From an uncultured virus (IMG/VR IMGVR_UViG_3300031555_010821) (taxonomy: Duplodnaviria; Heunggongvirae; Uroviricota; Caudoviricetes), in the IMG/VR virus record IMGVR_UViG_3300031555_010821: DNA of 23,773 bases; one strand, 5' to 3'. A program made the position numbers and the translations under genes. Below, piece by piece: positions 1 through 7,131 of the stretch (the stretch's first letter is position 1; each line of letters begins with the position of its first letter). The notes beneath the pieces were generated by a model. It had not been told where the DNA came from and ran no database searches. It saw only the letters and a program-made list of their open reading frames with translations.

Positions 1-146
1 TAAACGGGAACACCTTCCACAGTGCCGGTTTTATAGTCATCAACGAAAGCCAGCACATGAAAGCCGTTCTCCGTTGCCAGTCTTTTGCAGATGCGGCCCT
101 GCTGGCCTGCACCGCAAATTACGATATTAACAGCATCATTCTTCAT
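1..146 (-). CDS. NeuD/PglD-family sugar acetyltransferase-like protein, N-terminal fragment (runs off the window; absent from ORF track)
   Basis: Manual translation from ATG 146: MKNDAVNIVICGAGQQGRICKRLATENGFHVLAFVDDYKTGTVEGVPV. GAGxxG, FVDD and GVPV match the PglD N-terminal Rossmann-like domain. Overlaps the end of the ParB-like gene. Confidence 0.7.
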   Translation of the reverse strand, partial: MKNDAVNIVICGAGQQGRICKRLATENGFHVLAFVDDYKTGTVEGVPV

Positions 147-831
147 CCGTCCAGACCTCCTGCTCTTCAGTTTCCTCGGAGAGTTCTTCGGGGACGGTCT
201 GTTCCTCCGGCTGCTCCGAAGGCTTCTGATATCCAGGCAGCTCTTCGAACGGAATGATCGCCGCCTGCATCTGATCGTACCAGATTGCGCGGGCGTTAAT
301 CTTTCTGTTCGCAATTCTGACCTTGGCGCCCTCAATACCGAGAGCTCGTACCAGGTTGTTATAGTCCAACTGATTGCGGCAGACGATCATGACGTAATCG
401 TACTTCTCGTAATGGATGAGCTCCATTTCCTTGATGTCACGCTCATTGACCGGCTTCTGCTTGTCGACCTCTTCGCGGAGCGTCATGTCCATCATGTTAT
501 CAACGCCCCAATCGTTCAGAATGTCCAAATCCCAATCACCTGCGTGGGTGTTGAGCTTGACGTTGACCACTTTCTGTTCCTGAACCGTGAAGCCGATTAG
601 CATTTTGCAGTCCACCATCATGTCGGGATCCTGCTCCTGGAAGATGGCCACACGCTGATTTCCGCCGATTACCTGGTTCTCTTCATTGATAACGATGATG
701 TCGAAATCGCCGTACATGTCGAGCGATGCCTTGAGGTCTTTCTTTCGCTGTGTCTTAATCTTTCGGGGATTCCCGAAGTCAAGTCGCAAGTCACCAACGC
801 GGCGCTTGACGACCTCAATGGTCTTTTCCAT
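136..831 (-). CDS. ParB-like N-terminal domain protein
   Basis: NPRKI...LKASLDMYG...IVINEENQVIGGNQR...NVKLN.HAGDWD..L motif set; start moved to ATG 831 after GGAGG RBS. Confidence 0.8.
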   Translation of the reverse strand: MEKTIEVVKRRVGDLRLDFGNPRKIKTQRKKDLKASLDMYGDFDIIVINEENQVIGGNQRVAIFQEQDPDMMVDCKMLIGFTVQEQKVVNVKLNTHAGDWDLDILNDWGVDNMMDMTLREEVDKQKPVNERDIKEMELIHYEKYDYVMIVCRNQLDYNNLVRALGIEGAKVRIANRKINARAIWYDQMQAAIIPFEELPGYQKPSEQPEEQTVPEELSEETEEQEVWTDEE

Positions 832-928
832 TGCTTGCACCTCCATGTTCATAAAAAAAGCACTGCTCATCAGCAGTGCATCGTGGATTTCCCGTCCCCT
901 AACGGTTCATCCGATTTTTCTGTTTTAC

Positions 929-993
929 AAAATAGTACATGAAGTGCGTGTCTTTCAATGACATTTAGTGCGATTACATGACATTGCATGACA
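929..993 (-). promoter_or_regulatory. putative late promoter with phased TGTCAT repeats
   Basis: ATGACA (+) at 958, 978 and 988; TTGAAA (-) at 953-958 and an AT-rich -10-like box at about 929-937. Confidence 0.4.
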
Positions 994-1042
994 GATTCAG
1001 GAAATATTTTGTGATTTTTGCGCCCGAATGGCTTCATCGCCC

Positions 1043-1082
1043 AAAAAAAGAAAGCCGGCACCGAGAATTGGTGCCGGCTTTC
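1043..1082 (-). terminator. Rho-independent terminator
   Basis: GAAAGCCGGCACC/GGTGCCGGCTTTC 13-bp stem followed by T7 on the - strand, just after the BRO gene. Confidence 0.85.
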
Positions 1083-1096
1083 GCTCTGGATGTGTT

Positions 1097-1588
1097 TTAT
1101 CTGGCTGCTAGATGCAGTTGTTTCTTGATGTCTAAGATGGCAAATAGTGCTTGGTCAATGGCCTTATCTAACACCTCAACATTTACCGATTCTTTGTAAG
1201 GGGCCTCGATGGGCTCGATTTCTTTTTTTGGAGCTTCTTGGATTGTATATGTAAATACGTCTTTTTCCAGCCACGACCTGATATCAGATGCAGGGCGTAA
1301 CTTCTCCATAATTTCCTTTGCGGCGGTCAGGTCTGCGAATTGAATATGTGTATAGCTGAATCCACCATTCTTTTCTACGGGATACAGAATCTTTGTCTTA
1401 TCTCCTGCAATGGTGGGGTCATTCACATAATAGTAAGTTCTTCTTCCGCTTTTGGTTCCTGTGCAGGCACCGACAATGTCACATATGGCAAACATAGGAT
1501 TGCCCGAAACAACTGCGATACGAACAGTGTGGGATTTGCTGGTAACGGACGCTGTCTGGAGCTTGTCGATCTTTTTCGAGGCGGTCAT
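1097..1588 (-). CDS. BRO-N domain antirepressor-like protein
   Basis: VRIAVVSGNPMFAICDIVGAC resembles the Bro-N signature; start ATG 1588 after AAGGAGG. Confidence 0.6.
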   Translation of the reverse strand: MTASKKIDKLQTASVTSKSHTVRIAVVSGNPMFAICDIVGACTGTKSGRRTYYYVNDPTIAGDKTKILYPVEKNGGFSYTHIQFADLTAAKEIMEKLRPASDIRSWLEKDVFTYTIQEAPKKEIEPIEAPYKESVNVEVLDKAIDQALFAILDIKKQLHLAAR

Positions 1589-1589
1589 C

Positions 1590-1880
1590 TTACTTCGCCT
1601 CCTTTGCTTCTCTGCGAGCTTTTTCCGCTGCTGCAAATGCATCACACACATGAATGTGGCCAGCCAGTTCTTCAAGTTCCTTGACGAGGATCTCCAGCAT
1701 ATCATGCAAAGCATAAAATGCGTAGCTACCTTTGTTCCTCATGTCTCTCTCGTCATCTCCATGCTCCATGAGATAGAGGTAGCAGCTTTCGAATGCTTCC
1801 ATGATGGCGGTGATCGTAATGGCGGTGTTTCTTACGTTCTGTGGGCTTGCTTTCTTTGTTTTCGAATCGAATAAATACAT
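1590..1880 (-). CDS. hypothetical protein
   Basis: 96-aa ORF, AAAGGAGG RBS, abuts the BRO gene. Confidence 0.7.
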   Translation of the reverse strand: MYLFDSKTKKASPQNVRNTAITITAIMEAFESCYLYLMEHGDDERDMRNKGSYAFYALHDMLEILVKELEELAGHIHVCDAFAAAEKARREAKEAK

Positions 1881-1913
1881 TATCGATTCCTCCTTTCATT
1901 TTCGAGGAATGCA

Positions 1914-2022
1914 TGATATAATGCAGGCAAGACATTTCGATGTCTTCCTTTCATTTGGAGCGCCGCTTTTATTTTCGGCGGTTCTCCTTAGAGGGCCTGG
2001 ATGCTACCCGGGCCCTCTTTTT
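1914..2022 (+). ncRNA. candidate antisense small RNA (promoter plus terminator)
   Basis: TGnTATAAT at 1914-1922; hairpin 1990-2018 followed by a T-run on the + strand. Confidence 0.35.
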
Positions 2023-2043
2023 ATATCTTTTCCCCGTGTCTTT

Positions 2044-2071
2044 ACTATAACACACCTACCTATTAAGTCAA
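2044..2071 (-). promoter_or_regulatory. sigmaA-type promoter of the BRO cassette
   Basis: TTGACT-16 nt-TATAGT with TGn extension. Confidence 0.65.
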
Positions 2072-2092
2072 TAAAAAGCCGCATTATTTTGC

Positions 2093-2106
2093 TTGCCAAA
2101 TGGTAA
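2093..2106. promoter_or_regulatory. putative remote repressor operator
   Basis: TTGCCAAATGGTAA, 11/14 identical to TTACCAATCGGTAA at 20618. Confidence 0.4.
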
Positions 2107-2214
2107 TTACTAGTGCATATGTGGGTAAATGTCGTTGTTTTTGGCTCGCAAAGTTCGGATTTCACATAAACCTATTTCTCCTATATCACCATAATGAATT
2201 TAAGTTTTTTTCAC

Positions 2215-2249
2215 AAAAAAGCCCGCGCCAACTTAGGCACGGGCTTTTT
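2215..2249. terminator. Rho-independent terminator (bidirectional)
   Basis: AAAAAGCCCGCGCC...GGCACGGGCTTTTT. Confidence 0.8.
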
Positions 2250-2341
2250 CTGCAATCAAGATAGAATGGTGATATTTGCCGTAACCCTTAGTGAAGAGGG
2301 GGTTACAGGCTTGTTGTAGGAATGGCCATATTCGGGTCTTA

Positions 2342-2785
2342 TCAGAAGCATTCCTCCTTTTCTTCATCTTCGTTTTGATTATCGGACAGTATATCAGAGA
2401 ACTCCAGAAGAGACTCCATTTTCCAGCCACAAAGCGACGTCAGTATTTCATCGATGAGTTCCGGGTCTTTTCGATAAGCATTCCACACGTCCTTTGCTTT
2501 ACGAACCCAACTTTCGTCATCCGAGATAATCTGTTCGTATAGAGTCGCCCCAAGGCGTTCGAATGTTTCTTCCTCCCTGTGAAGAGAAATCAACTCTTCG
2601 ACTTTTTTGATCGTATCTGATGTATCATTCAAACAGGTAGCGGGACACAAGGAGTCAAGGGCCATTCGCATCGCCTCATGGAGCTTGCTTCCCTCCCCGT
2701 TTTTTTGCACCCATTCAATGGGCATTAACATTCCGCACTGCATCAAATGCATACTTAGGACTCTTGTTGCTTCTTCTCCGGTCAT
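2342..2785 (-). CDS. hypothetical protein
   Basis: 147-aa ORF, AAGGAG RBS. Confidence 0.7.
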   Translation of the reverse strand: MTGEEATRVLSMHLMQCGMLMPIEWVQKNGEGSKLHEAMRMALDSLCPATCLNDTSDTIKKVEELISLHREEETFERLGATLYEQIISDDESWVRKAKDVWNAYRKDPELIDEILTSLCGWKMESLLEFSDILSDNQNEDEEKEECF

Positions 2786-2817
2786 ATGTCTTTTTCTCCT
2801 TCAGTTCCTGTCGCTTT

Positions 2818-3444
2818 TTACGCTTTTGTGAATACTGAATAAAACCCATTTGGATTTTTTCTTGTCTCATGGATGTTGTCCAGGATCTCCTTCTCTGTCC
2901 ATCGCGTCGCACTTCTGCACCAAAGAATCGCAGATATCTTACTTGCGAAAACCAGGACCTGCCCGTGTTCATTTCCCGCAGTGATGTAGTATAGGCGATC
3001 ATCAATGACGTTATCAGCGTCTGCAAGCCGCTGAGCTTCTTCGAAGGTAATCGTTCTGCAACCATAGATCCAGGCACTCAAAGAGTTCAGGTCGATCTTT
3101 CCATCTTTGGAGTATAGATAGGCCCTGGCAATCAGGTTCCAGAGCTGCGTCCGATTGATGTACGGGCCATAGGCATAGGCAAAATCCTTACAATCGAAGA
3201 TAGCGTAGTCAAATTCCAGTCCCGTGTGGCCGAGCGATTCAATAATCGCCTCTTCTCCTCTTGCACCATATGTGCCCTTAGCTGCAAGATCAGCCCAACA
3301 CTTATAGGCGCAGTCGACGTATTTGAAAACATCATTCTCCTGAGTGTCGTCATTCCACCCGATGAAGATGACCTTATCGCAGCGGGTAGCTTCATATACG
3401 ATCGAATGTTGATAATCTGATAGGGTAAGCTTCTTCTTATGCAT
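2818..3444 (-). CDS. hypothetical protein
   Basis: 208-aa ORF, AAGGAGG RBS. Confidence 0.75.
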   Translation of the reverse strand: MHKKKLTLSDYQHSIVYEATRCDKVIFIGWNDDTQENDVFKYVDCAYKCWADLAAKGTYGARGEEAIIESLGHTGLEFDYAIFDCKDFAYAYGPYINRTQLWNLIARAYLYSKDGKIDLNSLSAWIYGCRTITFEEAQRLADADNVIDDRLYYITAGNEHGQVLVFASKISAILWCRSATRWTEKEILDNIHETRKNPNGFYSVFTKA

Positions 3445-3467
3445 TGCTTCCTCCTTTTATGGCCGCA

Positions 3468-4055
3468 TCACATAATGACCGGTGCATCGGCATAACCATA
3501 GGCATCAAGGATGGCCCTGAGCAAATCATTTCCTGCGTTTGCAGCACGGCTATAACAACCAAGCGCCGGCAGTACGGAGTTGTTGTGCTCATTGTACTCC
3601 TTACACGAGGACACATACTGTTTAACAAGATCTTCGATGCCGTTCCTGAAGTACAATTCAAGATATCCTTTTGCCATGCAAAGCGTGCTGCGATCTCTGT
3701 TTGTGTAGGTGTCAGGCTGTTCGTCGATCATCTGCTGTAAATCGTCCAACAGGTCTTGGGGCTCCCATGGCTTTGCAATAATCTTCGTTTCTGCTGCCTC
3801 ATTATGACGCTCACCATACCACGTCCAGCCCTCAACGGGGCCGTCAATGGAATCCTGTCCATCACTCAATACAACGTACTCAGCGCCGCATCTGCAACAC
3901 TGAAACGGCCCATAAGCCGGCTCGGCATCGTAGATGTCATAAGAAATGTCTTTATGGATGCCGTCGATATAGTCACCGCTGCCATCCACCAAGACATCCA
4001 TACGGACGATCTGATGGCCGACGAACTCATCTCCGCCGCAATGTTTGCACTTCAT
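3468..4055 (-). CDS. hypothetical protein with putative Zn ribbon
   Basis: CKHCG...CCRCG; AGGAGG RBS. Confidence 0.75.
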   Translation of the reverse strand: MKCKHCGGDEFVGHQIVRMDVLVDGSGDYIDGIHKDISYDIYDAEPAYGPFQCCRCGAEYVVLSDGQDSIDGPVEGWTWYGERHNEAAETKIIAKPWEPQDLLDDLQQMIDEQPDTYTNRDRSTLCMAKGYLELYFRNGIEDLVKQYVSSCKEYNEHNNSVLPALGCYSRAANAGNDLLRAILDAYGYADAPVIM

Positions 4056-4083
4056 AATCAGTTCCTCCTAAAATCAGATTTCT

Positions 4084-4335
4084 TTACTCTTGTATAATCA
4101 GCTTCTCAATGAACAGCTTCATCAACTCTTTAATAAAGTCTTTATCTTCGTTGCTGTCCATATGTTCAGAATCCGCCTTCCACTCTTTGGAGCCTTTGTG
4201 CTGATACACTGTATACTCGCCAAAACCGATGTCGGAATACCATAGGATGATGAATCCGGCACCTCGATCATTGCTGAAGGGAATCAGATCTTCGATCTGC
4301 AAATGTATTGCATCAACTTTGTGCCTTCTTGCCAT
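4084..4335 (-). CDS. hypothetical protein
   Basis: ORF with GAGGTG RBS before ATG 4335. Confidence 0.7.
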   Translation of the reverse strand: MARRHKVDAIHLQIEDLIPFSNDRGAGFIILWYSDIGFGEYTVYQHKGSKEWKADSEHMDSNEDKDFIKELMKLFIEKLIIQE

Positions 4336-4396
4336 AGTTTTCACCTCATAAAATCGTTATTTCATCCACATCTCATTTTAGGTCCAGTCAAGATCC

Positions 4397-4828
4397 TTAT
4401 TCTTCCACAGGTGCGAGAGTTGCCATAACCATACAGTGCTTGTCAAAGTTGTTCGGCATCTTCATCAGTTGGACTGTGCACATCTTCTTGGACGGCCAGT
4501 CCTGAACAAGCACAACGGTATCACCTTTATGGATGAGCGGCGTGTTGGCCCATTCCACCATTTCAAGAACATCCTCCCGTCCGAAGTCTGCTTTCAACAT
4601 AGTACCGTGACCGGAAATCTGAATCTTCCCCTCCGTATGAATAACAGTGCCACGGCTCGTCATGCCTTCGTATTCTCGATTCGGGTCATCCCATGCAATA
4701 CGGACATTGCAGCCTCGCGCATAATCTGATTCTTCAAATGGCCGGTTCTCCATATTCAGGATGAGTACGGGATGCTTTCCGAAATTGATTGCGCGGGCAA
4801 TTTCTTGGCGATCTGTCAGATACTTCAT
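4397..4828 (-). CDS. hypothetical protein
   Basis: 143-aa ORF, AAGGAG RBS. Confidence 0.75.
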   Translation of the reverse strand: MKYLTDRQEIARAINFGKHPVLILNMENRPFEESDYARGCNVRIAWDDPNREYEGMTSRGTVIHTEGKIQISGHGTMLKADFGREDVLEMVEWANTPLIHKGDTVVLVQDWPSKKMCTVQLMKMPNNFDKHCMVMATLAPVEE

Positions 4829-4947
4829 TGTTCAGCTCCTTCTTTCTCACTGTTCTTTCCACGGTGCATTTTAAGCAATCCAACGATTGCGTCCAGCTCA
4901 TTCGGAAGAAATGTAGTGGACCAGCCACCTTATAGAGTCGCCCCTCC

Positions 4948-5313
4948 TTAAACGTCAAAGCCGACAGAGTGGTATACAAACCACTTTTCCTGTCTGCGGA
5001 AAATCTTGTACCATCTAGTGAACGGTGCGCCGGTGCAATCGTATAACGAATTGCGCGGCTGGATGTAGCAGCGGTCTTCAAACCACTCGACTACATCCGA
5101 CTTTCTCCAATCAGCCATGTATTCTGGGAGCTGCTCTATCTTGATGTAACCATCAAAGTCGGAGCGAATGATTCGGCCGCTATTAGGCAGCTTCAGGAAC
5201 GAGCGGATCTTCCGCTTGATTTCACCAACGATAGGATGGTCGCCCATGCCACTGTTCTGGAGAACCTGAATTACCTCATATGCATTTCTGAGTTCCCGGG
5301 CATTCTTAATCAT
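4948..5313 (-). CDS. hypothetical protein
   Basis: 121-aa ORF, AGGAGG RBS. Confidence 0.75.
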   Translation of the reverse strand: MIKNARELRNAYEVIQVLQNSGMGDHPIVGEIKRKIRSFLKLPNSGRIIRSDFDGYIKIEQLPEYMADWRKSDVVEWFEDRCYIQPRNSLYDCTGAPFTRWYKIFRRQEKWFVYHSVGFDV

Positions 5314-5352
5314 GTTGTCCTCCTGATTCTGATTGAAAAATTTGTCTGTCTC

Positions 5353-5550
5353 TTAATACTTGTATCGGATCCGAAGTCGGTATCTAAACGCTAGGCCAAC
5401 GCTTTCGGAGACAGTAAGATACCCACAGTCTCTAAGCGCAGCGCAATAGGCGCCAATCTTCTCGGACCAAAGCTCCAAATCGTCCTCCGATTCGCTGCTG
5501 TTCGCATTGTTCACATACGACTGAAGCCGTTCATGAATCTTATCGTTCAT
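5353..5550 (-). CDS. hypothetical protein
   Basis: 65-aa ORF, AAGGAGG RBS, first gene after a promoter. Confidence 0.7.
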   Translation of the reverse strand: MNDKIHERLQSYVNNANSSESEDDLELWSEKIGAYCAALRDCGYLTVSESVGLAFRYRLRIRYKY

Positions 5551-5578
5551 GGAATCCTCCTTGTTTTTCTGTGACTAT

Positions 5579-5606
5579 ATCGTAACTTACCTACCGACCT
5601 AGTCAA
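5579..5606 (-). promoter_or_regulatory. sigmaA-type promoter of accessory cassette 2
   Basis: TTGACT-16 nt-TACGAT; shares TTTCTGTGACTATA and ACTTACCT with the 8.6-kb promoter. Confidence 0.6.
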
Positions 5607-5640
5607 GTGATTTCCGTTGATTTGCGGAAAATATTTTTGC

Positions 5641-5886
5641 TTAATCCTGAATCACGCTGATGTGGTCGTTTGTGCTTTTAAGAAGCGACTCCACAAAGGC
5701 GATGCATTCCTTGCGGTTTCCATGGTATAACGTCTTAGAACCAAAGGTTAGTTCAGCAACGACCATTGAAAGCCCTTTGACTGGCATCCCGTTTTGATAT
5801 GAGTCTCTGATAGAAAACGAACGAACATGAGAGAGGTTAAGATAGCTGACCTCGTAAGAAAGATCGACTCTAACAAATTCATTCAT
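5641..5886 (-). CDS. hypothetical protein
   Basis: ORF, start moved to ATG 5886 after GGAGG. Confidence 0.65.
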   Translation of the reverse strand: MNEFVRVDLSYEVSYLNLSHVRSFSIRDSYQNGMPVKGLSMVVAELTFGSKTLYHGNRKECIAFVESLLKSTNDHISVIQD

Positions 5887-6097
5887 CAGCGTTGTCCTCC
5901 ATTTCAATGTCTGAAATTAGTTTTAGAACTTCTTCCACCGCCAACGCCTTTCCCTTATATACGTTGTATGCATTGCAAACATCAGCATAGGATTCTGTTC
6001 CTTCTGTTGTCCGATCGAGCAAATCAAGATACAAGTTCCATTTTCGGACATAGAATTCATAACGCTCCTCAAGCAGTTCCTTCAGCTTGTTCATCAT
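5879..6097 (-). CDS. hypothetical protein (paralog of 6069-6338)
   Basis: GGAGG RBS; shared DR.TEG...AY...KG.A.A..EVL.LI motif. Confidence 0.7.
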   Translation of the reverse strand: MMNKLKELLEERYEFYVRKWNLYLDLLDRTTEGTESYADVCNAYNVYKGKALAVEEVLKLISDIEMEDNADE

Positions 6098-6338
6098 CAA
6101 AACCTCCGATCAGATCGAGAACTTCCTTAATTGCCGCTGCGCGGCCCTTGTTGTAGCTGTATGCCCTCAGAATCTCCTGCTGGATGCTGCTCCCTTCTGT
6201 AGCTCGGTCTGCTCTGTTCTTCTCCCACTCTGCGTGTTTGACATAATGGTGATACATGCGGACCAGATCGGCCTTGAAAGTCTGAAAGTCCTTTTCGAGA
6301 TTCTCCTTGATTCTGTCGAAGTAGCTGAGCTTACTCAT
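6069..6338 (-). CDS. hypothetical protein (paralog of 5879-6097)
   Basis: start MSKLSY overlaps the end of the upstream gene; shared motif. Confidence 0.7.
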   Translation of the reverse strand: MSKLSYFDRIKENLEKDFQTFKADLVRMYHHYVKHAEWEKNRADRATEGSSIQQEILRAYSYNKGRAAAIKEVLDLIGGFDDEQAEGTA

Positions 6339-6519
6339 CGTCTTTTCCCTTTCGCATTTCCTTTTCCATCCACTTTTTAAGACCTTCAACGGGAACTAAA
6401 ACTCGGCGCCCGATGTGAATAACCGGAAAATCCGCTCTGTGTACCAGCTCGTAAGCCTTCGGGCGACTGATCTGCAAAACCTGTGCGAGTTCGTGTACCG
6501 TAAGTGTCATCTTCTCCAA
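6331..6519 (-). CDS. excisionase-family (HTH_17-like) DNA-binding protein
   Basis: LTVHELAQVLQISRPKAYELVH..DFPVIHIGRRVLVP; GGAGG RBS. Confidence 0.85.
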   Translation of the reverse strand: MEKMTLTVHELAQVLQISRPKAYELVHRADFPVIHIGRRVLVPVEGLKKWMEKEMRKGKDDE

Positions 6520-6988
6520 TTTCTTTTACCTCCTGCATATTGAGACGAAGCGCTTCGTTCATGCTGTCAATCACTGCCGCGAGCGTTTTGATACTTCTGT
6601 ATTTATTAACAAAGGCTTCCATGTCTTTTCTGGCGCTTTGCTCCAGAACTTCCATCATCGACGGGCTTTTGATCGCCACCTGAATCGGCGTATAGTCGCG
6701 CTTTCCCTCGATCACCTTGACGAAAGCGCGGATAGGAGCTTCTTCTGTTTCCTCGGTCTTAATGACCAAACAACGAATGATGTGCGCAGCCTGGTTTTCA
6801 CGATAGGCTTCAGCCGCAACAGAGTCATTCCATTCAAATTCATTATGAAGCGGAGCATCTTCTGCTCTGTTGGCATCTACCAACCGCTTCGGTGTCAATC
6901 CGCCGCTACGAGCAAGCTGCTCACACATTTCACCTGCAACCTGTGCAGGGGTTTTAATCATAGATTTCGCTTTATACTGGTAAACCAT
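6386..6988 (-). CDS. conserved-looking phage protein downstream of the RAMP/repeat module
   Basis: AAGGAGG RBS before ATG 6988 (MVYQYK); motif LTP..LVD..R....PLH..FEW.D..AAE.YR...A..IIR. Confidence 0.75.
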   Translation of the reverse strand: MVYQYKAKSMIKTPAQVAGEMCEQLARSGGLTPKRLVDANRAEDAPLHNEFEWNDSVAAEAYRENQAAHIIRCLVIKTEETEEAPIRAFVKVIEGKRDYTPIQVAIKSPSMMEVLEQSARKDMEAFVNKYRSIKTLAAVIDSMNEALRLNMQEVKEIGEDDTYGTRTRTGFADQSPEGLRAGTQSGFSGYSHRAPSFSSR

Positions 6989-7013
6989 AAAGTTCCTCCT
7001 TTTTTCATCCTGG

Positions 7014-7042
7014 CAGTCGGTGAGCATTATGCCCACCGACTG
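7014..7042 (-). other. strong RNA hairpin closing the repeat tract
   Basis: CAGTCGGTGGGCA-TAA-TGCTCACCGACTG on the - strand; 13 bp with one G-U pair; no U-tract. Confidence 0.8.
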
Positions 7043-7045
7043 TTA

Positions 7046-7131
7046 GCCAGCCGTGTCGCGCCAAACCCGGCCTCACCAAGCCGTGCCTCGCCCGGCCCCA
7101 CCCTGCCTCACCATGCCCCGCCTCGCCTGCC
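7046..7131 (-). repeat. period-5 GGY-NN tract: 15 pentamers (14 GGY, 1 GAC) flanked by GGCA and GGCT-GGC
   Basis: GGCA GGCGA GGCGG GGCAT GGTGA GGCAG GGTGG GGCCG GGCGA GGCAC GGCTT GGTGA GGCCG GGTTT GGCGC GACAC GGCT GGC. Confidence 0.95.

Noticed and set aside
833..844. Exact 12-mer GGAGGTGCAAGC shared with 22040-22051 (inverted)
   Set aside because: Both are Shine-Dalgarno regions; too short to support an att site or inversion.
7046..7131. CRISPR array or simple microsatellite
   Set aside because: No 25-40 nt repeats with spacers, and the units vary at fixed positions rather than being identical copies.
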